Below are positions 59,489-64,000 of a DNA stretch of 64,000 bases, piece after piece. Position numbers and translations under genes: made by a program. The stretch lies in contig OY970208.1 of the NCBI GenBank assembly GCA_963713865.1, positions 192,001 to 256,000 on the forward strand, read 5' to 3'. The notes under the pieces are model-generated. The model made no database searches and was not told where the DNA came from. It saw only the letters and a program-made list of their open reading frames with translations. The DNA comes from an uncultured candidate division Zixibacteria bacterium (GTDB lineage Bacteria > Zixibacteria > MSB-5A5 > RBG-16-43-9). The stretch's first letter is position 1. Each line of letters starts with the position of its first letter.

Positions 59489-59854
59489 ATGGACAAGAAG
59501 CTTTATCGTTCCACAAAAAACACAATGATCGCCGGGGTCTGCGGTGGTGTGGGCGAGTATTTCAATATAGATCCAACCATCGTTCGGCTCTTAGCCGTGC
59601 TTTTGATCTTCGCCGAAGGGATCGGACTTCTGCTTTATATCATCGCCTGGATAATCGTGCCCCGGGCAGAAGCAATCGAAGGTGAGGTTCAGGTGGTTAA
59701 AGAGACCAACTCGAAAAAATACTTGCCCGGCTTGATCTTAATTGGAGTTGGGGTTATATTCTTGCTCAACAATTTCATCCCCTGGTTTCACTTTCATTTC
59801 ATCTGGCCTTTGATCCTTATACTTCTGGGAGTATTCCTGTTAGTAAAAGCTTAA
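59489..59854 (+). CDS. PspC domain protein with C-terminal LiaF/LiaI-like TM segment
   Basis: KLYRS....IAGVCGG..EYFNIDPTIVR, YIIAWII.P; GLILI..G..FLL.N..WPLILI. Confidence 0.9.
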   Translation: MDKKLYRSTKNTMIAGVCGGVGEYFNIDPTIVRLLAVLLIFAEGIGLLLYIIAWIIVPRAEAIEGEVQVVKETNSKKYLPGLILIGVGVIFLLNNFIPWFHFHFIWPLILILLGVFLLVKA

Positions 59855-59897
59855 ATCCGAAAAACGGAGACCACGAGCCGTCGTAGGAGGAGATCGT

Positions 59898-60809
59898 ATG
59901 AAAATATCCAGGATAAGAAGCGGGGTAATTTTACTTTCGATTGGGCTGGTTTTACTCCTGAACAATTTGGATTATGTTGACTGGTCGGTCTGGCTTTCCA
60001 TCTTATCTTTATGGCCAGTCTTACTAATCGCCATCGGCATAGAAAAAATCTTTGCTAAGACCACCTTAAGCTTTTTAACCATCCTTTCCCCGATTTTGTT
60101 ATTTTTAGCTATTCTGGGCCCGGCTTATTTTTATTTTAACCAGAAGGAGGAACCTAATTATTCGGGAAAAACTTTTAACTGGGAAAAAGAGATGAACCTC
60201 CCTTTTAAAAAAGGTTATGCCTCTTTAGATTTTAAGGCTGGGACATTAAAAACCGATGTTTGCCAGGACAAACTCATCCTGGCTAACTTAGATTACTGGA
60301 AAAGGGTACCTCTTTGTCTTTACAATTATTCTGAGACGGATAGCATTATTCGATTAGATATTAAAGATGTCGACCGTTTCTGGAGTGGATGGTTTAGACC
60401 CGGTTTTAAAAGCAGGCATACCTGGAGCATTCAGCTTTCTGAAAAAATCCCCTGGGAATTAGAGATCGAGAATGCGGCCATGAGCGGAGAACTGGATTTC
60501 TCCAGGCTTATTCTTGAGAAATTGGCTATCGATTCAGATGCCAGCAAGCTTAAAGTTAAATTTGGAGATAGAGCCAAGAGTTTAAAAATCAGGATAGAGT
60601 CAGATGCCTCCAAATTAGAACTTTTGATACCAAAGGTCGTTGGCTTGCAGATTGAAAATCGGGCTTCGTTAAGCTCTACCGATTTTGAGAATATCTCCAT
60701 CAATCATGAAGGGGAAAGATACTGGACCTCCAATTACTCCTCTGCCTCATCTAAAATCGAGATATCTCTGCGGGGTGGAATCTCCAAACTCGAGGTAGCC
60801 GGCTATTGA
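59898..60809 (+). CDS. LiaF/DUF5668-like membrane protein with toast-rack-like beta domain
   Basis: G..LLLNNL...LWPVLLIAIGI; beta-repeat C-terminal region. Confidence 0.75.
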   Translation: MKISRIRSGVILLSIGLVLLLNNLDYVDWSVWLSILSLWPVLLIAIGIEKIFAKTTLSFLTILSPILLFLAILGPAYFYFNQKEEPNYSGKTFNWEKEMNLPFKKGYASLDFKAGTLKTDVCQDKLILANLDYWKRVPLCLYNYSETDSIIRLDIKDVDRFWSGWFRPGFKSRHTWSIQLSEKIPWELEIENAAMSGELDFSRLILEKLAIDSDASKLKVKFGDRAKSLKIRIESDASKLELLIPKVVGLQIENRASLSSTDFENISINHEGERYWTSNYSSASSKIEISLRGGISKLEVAGY

Positions 60810-61804
60810 TCTCTTCCCCAATGATAAAAATATTCAAATGGTTCTCTCATAAAATCAATTTTACGGGGCGAGTAGCCCTTCATGTCTGTTTAAAATGGCT
60901 TAACCACCTGTGCTTGCCAGGTCCCCCGACCTGGCAAGTTTTTCGTCGGGTCAGGGGACCCGCCGATCACAGAAACTTGCTGAACTTATTTAGGACAGGC
61001 ATTTCTGCTCACTTGAATTCTTCAGCTTTTCAATATATTTTTATCTTATTTTTGTCATCTTTATTTTCATTTGCTTTAAACTGTTCCAGGGAAAAGACAG
61101 ATGCTTATGCTAAAATAATCCAGCATAAAAAGCTTTTGGTGGGAACAGATGCCACCTATCCTCCCTTTGAATCCAAGGATGCAGGCACTGGCAAGATAGT
61201 GGGATTCGATATAGACCTGATGGATGCCATTTGTGATAAATTAGGGATTAAAAGCGAATATATAGTAGTCCCATTTGACGGGATTGTCTCCGGTTTAAAT
61301 AATAATAAATATGATGCCATAATCTCTTCCTTTACCATCACCCCCCAACGTGAGACTATTGTCAATTTCTCCAAGCCCTATTACCAGGCAAGCCAGTCAA
61401 TAGCAGTAAGACTTGACCAGCAAAAGATAAATTCTTTAATAGACCTTAAAGGTAAAAGAGTTGGCGTTCAGTTAGGCACCACCGGTGAGCTTTTAGCTAA
61501 AAAGATAGAAGGTGCCGAAATAATCTCATTCGATAACATCGGAGCCGCTTTTATCGATTTAGAGAACCGGAAATTAGATGCCATAATCAACGATAAACCC
61601 ACCTCTCAGAGAATCATAGCCCTGCGGGGTAACGCTAAGTTAGTTGGACCCGACCTCTCCTCAGAAAATTATGGAATTGCAGTAAGAAAGGGAGAAAAAA
61701 GACTATTAGAAGCCATCAATAATGCCCTTTCCGATTTACAGCTTTCTGGTAAAATTGATGATTTGAACAAAAAGTGGTTCTCAATTCAGACCAGGATTCA
61801 ATAG
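60806..61804 (+). CDS. Polar amino-acid ABC transporter substrate-binding protein (true start uncertain)
   Basis: VGTDATYPPFE, GFDIDL, FDGIV.GL, TITP.R, GVQLGTTG, YGIAVRKG. Confidence 0.9.
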   Translation: MISSPMIKIFKWFSHKINFTGRVALHVCLKWLNHLCLPGPPTWQVFRRVRGPADHRNLLNLFRTGISAHLNSSAFQYIFILFLSSLFSFALNCSREKTDAYAKIIQHKKLLVGTDATYPPFESKDAGTGKIVGFDIDLMDAICDKLGIKSEYIVVPFDGIVSGLNNNKYDAIISSFTITPQRETIVNFSKPYYQASQSIAVRLDQQKINSLIDLKGKRVGVQLGTTGELLAKKIEGAEIISFDNIGAAFIDLENRKLDAIINDKPTSQRIIALRGNAKLVGPDLSSENYGIAVRKGEKRLLEAINNALSDLQLSGKIDDLNKKWFSIQTRIQ

Positions 61805-61960
61805 CCAAAATCTGGAGCGCATCAGCCTGTCGAAGTTAACCTTGAGGCTGATGCTTTTTCTAAATAATAGAGAGAAATCAGCAAGAGCAAGCTCTTGCAC
61901 TTCAGATAAAACTACAACATTCTCCTTGACTTCTCATTAACACTCCTTAAATTTTCAACT

Positions 61961-62656
61961 ATGTCTTTTCAAGAAATCTTCTATTGGATTTCCCTTCAGC
62001 TTCAAATTCTTAAAAATATCTTTATTTTCTTAGCTCCTGCTATTCCGATGACCATTAAATTAACTCTGGTTGCCTTTGCCATGGCTCTCTTATTAGGTCT
62101 TTTCGTAGGCATAGCCCGGCTTTCACACAGAGGTCTAATCAAAGCTCTATCTAAAATCTATGTGGATGTTTTGAGGGGCATTCCACTTTTGGTTCAGATA
62201 TTCTTTATATACTTTGGTTTGGGGAAGATTTTGAATTTAGACCGGTTCTTAGCCGGGGTAATAGCCATCGGTGTCTGTTATTCTGCCTATTTAGCTGAGA
62301 TAATAAGGGCTGGGATTCAGGCAATCCACAAAGGTCAATATCAGGCTGCCTTATCTTTGGGAATGACCCGTTATCAGACTATGAGGTATGTGATTTTGCC
62401 CCAATCGTTAAGGATAATAATCCCGCCAGTAGCCAATGAATTCATTGCTTCCTTGAAAGATAGTTCTTTAGTTTCCATAATCGGGTTAAGGGAGTTAACC
62501 CGTGCTGGCAGGGAATATTACTCCCAGTATTTTGTGGATTTCCAGACCTGGCTGGTGGTTGGCATAATTTATCTAATAATGACTCTGAGCTTATCCAGAT
62601 TAGTTTCTTACCTGGAGAAAAAATACAAAGTGCATGGTTATGGAATCTCGCATTGA
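61961..62656 (+). CDS. Polar amino-acid ABC transporter permease
   Basis: RGIPLLVQ, AYLAEIIRAGI.AI.KGQ.QAA.SLG, LKDSSL. Confidence 0.93.
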   Translation: MSFQEIFYWISLQLQILKNIFIFLAPAIPMTIKLTLVAFAMALLLGLFVGIARLSHRGLIKALSKIYVDVLRGIPLLVQIFFIYFGLGKILNLDRFLAGVIAIGVCYSAYLAEIIRAGIQAIHKGQYQAALSLGMTRYQTMRYVILPQSLRIIIPPVANEFIASLKDSSLVSIIGLRELTRAGREYYSQYFVDFQTWLVVGIIYLIMTLSLSRLVSYLEKKYKVHGYGISH

Positions 62657-62755
62657 TTCTATGAAAATGGAGTATAAACCTTTAGGTTTATTTAAGATTA
62701 ATTCAAATTTTCAATTTACCTATAGTAAAACTAAAGTTTTACACTCCCGAATAAA

Positions 62756-63484
62756 ATGATTATTCAGACTAAAGAAATCAGTAAAATATTCGGTGAATTT
62801 ATCGCTTTAGATAAAATCACCCTCGAGGTTGAAAAAGGCGAAGTTGTGGTGATAATCGGGCCATCTGGCTCTGGGAAAAGCACCTTGCTTCGCTGTTTAA
62901 ATGGTCTGGAAAAAGTCGATTCCGGGGAGATCGTTATTGATGGGATAAAATTAGATAAAGATAAAAAGAATATTTATAAGGTCAGAGAGGAAATCGGGAT
63001 GGTCTTTCAGGAATTTAACCTTTTTCCCCATCTTACGGTTTCAGGAAACCTCTGTTTAGCCCAGGAGGTTGTAAGAAAGAGAAATAAATCTGACTCTGAG
63101 AAAATCTCTTTGGAACTTCTAAATAAGGTTGGGCTGTTTAATAAAAAAGACTCTTTCCCTAATCAGCTTTCAGGTGGTCAGCAGCAGAGAGTAGCCATAG
63201 CCCGGGCATTAGCAATGAATCCCAAAATAATGCTCTTTGATGAGCCAACCTCAGCCTTAGACCCGGAGATGATTGGTGAGGTCTTGGAAGTAATGAAAAT
63301 TCTGGCAAAAGAAGGGATGACTATGCTGGTGGTTACTCATGAGATCGGATTTGCCAGAGAGGTTGCTAACCGGATAATCTTTATAGACCAGGGGAAGATT
63401 ATAGAAGAGGGAAAAACTGAGACTATTTTAAATTCCCCCCAGAATCCCCGCACCATTGCTTTTTTGAGTAAAGTTTTGAAATAG
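62756..63484 (+). CDS. Polar amino-acid ABC transporter ATP-binding protein (GlnQ-like)
   Basis: [31 protein letters not shown]. Confidence 0.95.
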   Translation: MIIQTKEISKIFGEFIALDKITLEVEKGEVVVIIGPSGSGKSTLLRCLNGLEKVDSGEIVIDGIKLDKDKKNIYKVREEIGMVFQEFNLFPHLTVSGNLCLAQEVVRKRNKSDSEKISLELLNKVGLFNKKDSFPNQLSGGQQQRVAIARALAMNPKIMLFDEPTSALDPEMIGEVLEVMKILAKEGMTMLVVTHEIGFAREVANRIIFIDQGKIIEEGKTETILNSPQNPRTIAFLSKVLK

Positions 63485-63769
63485 TTTTCCTCTCCCTTGT
63501 CCTACAACGGAGACTATGTTTGGCGAAGCCACCGTAGGAATGGGAGGGAATAAGGAGAGGGTGAAGTCATTTTAATTTACCCCTCTCCCTAACCCTCTCC
63601 CACAAGCCGTTAAAAGCTTTTCGGTCCTGCGGAGGCTTCGCTCCTCGTAGAGGGGAGAAATCTCACCCATATTCTCTCCTTAAAAAGAGAAAATTCTTAG
63701 GAACGTATTGCAATACGCTCCTATATTAAAAAAGACAGACTGGAAACCTGTCCTACTGATTTAGAAAAC

Positions 63770-63797
63770 AAAAAAGCCTCCACTGGAGGCTTTTTTT
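63770..63797. terminator. Bidirectional rho-independent terminator
   Basis: AAAAAAGCCTCC-ACT-GGAGGCTTTTTTT between convergent genes. Confidence 0.8.
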
Positions 63798-63841
63798 AAA
63801 TATAATTTAAGGTTTATTGTTTTATTATTCTATCTCTTGAA

Positions 63842-64000
63842 TTAGAGCGCTTCCCCACTTTCAGGTTGCAGCTTTTCCTCAAGTGGTGGCTGTTCAAACT
63901 CTTCAAACTGCGGGAAAACCTCCTCCTCTGGAGGTGCAGGTTCAAATTCTTCAAACAGAGGGGCAAGTTCCTCTTCTAAAAATGAAATCTCAGGCTCTAA
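63842..64000 (-). CDS. 3' end of a protein with acidic Pro/Glu-rich tail (truncated by window end)
   Basis: Open frame LEPEISFLEEELAPLFEEFEPAPPEEEVFPQFEEFEQPPLEEKLQPESGEAL-stop preceding the terminator. Confidence 0.65.
   Translation of the reverse strand, partial: LEPEISFLEEELAPLFEEFEPAPPEEEVFPQFEEFEQPPLEEKLQPESGEAL

Overview
Low-GC bacterial chromosomal window. The dockerin-tailed secreted proteins, cohesin-like protein and T9SS-like CTDs suggest an FCB-group organism, probably candidate phylum Zixibacteria (inference). Contents: housekeeping and envelope genes (thiC, lexA, secDF, rnr, dgt, holA, pcm, csp, amino-acid ABC transporter), a Pro-Arg-His tRNA cluster, two IS elements, three frameshifted genes plus a frameshifted IS110 recombinase, and dense REP-like palindromes in many intergenic spaces. 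Highlights: (1) an ECF sigma / anti-sigma / VIT-vWA locus in which the anti-sigma and the secreted vWA protein share a 22-aa TonB-box-like peptide conserved at protein level, with a duplicated ECF-type promoter; (2) an IS110 whose bridge-RNA guides can be read from the sequence and match a host GTAG REP, with an empty perfect target in the same window; (3) a four-helix-bundle gene and tRNAs bracketed by inverted AGTGATT heptamer arrays; (4) a Fibrobacter-type LexA operator; (5) a sigma54/IHF-type promoter in front of a degenerate RNase H-like gene; (6) an IS1202-family element with a 17-bp target duplication splitting an outer-membrane barrel gene. All family assignments are from motif recognition; no database searches were run.
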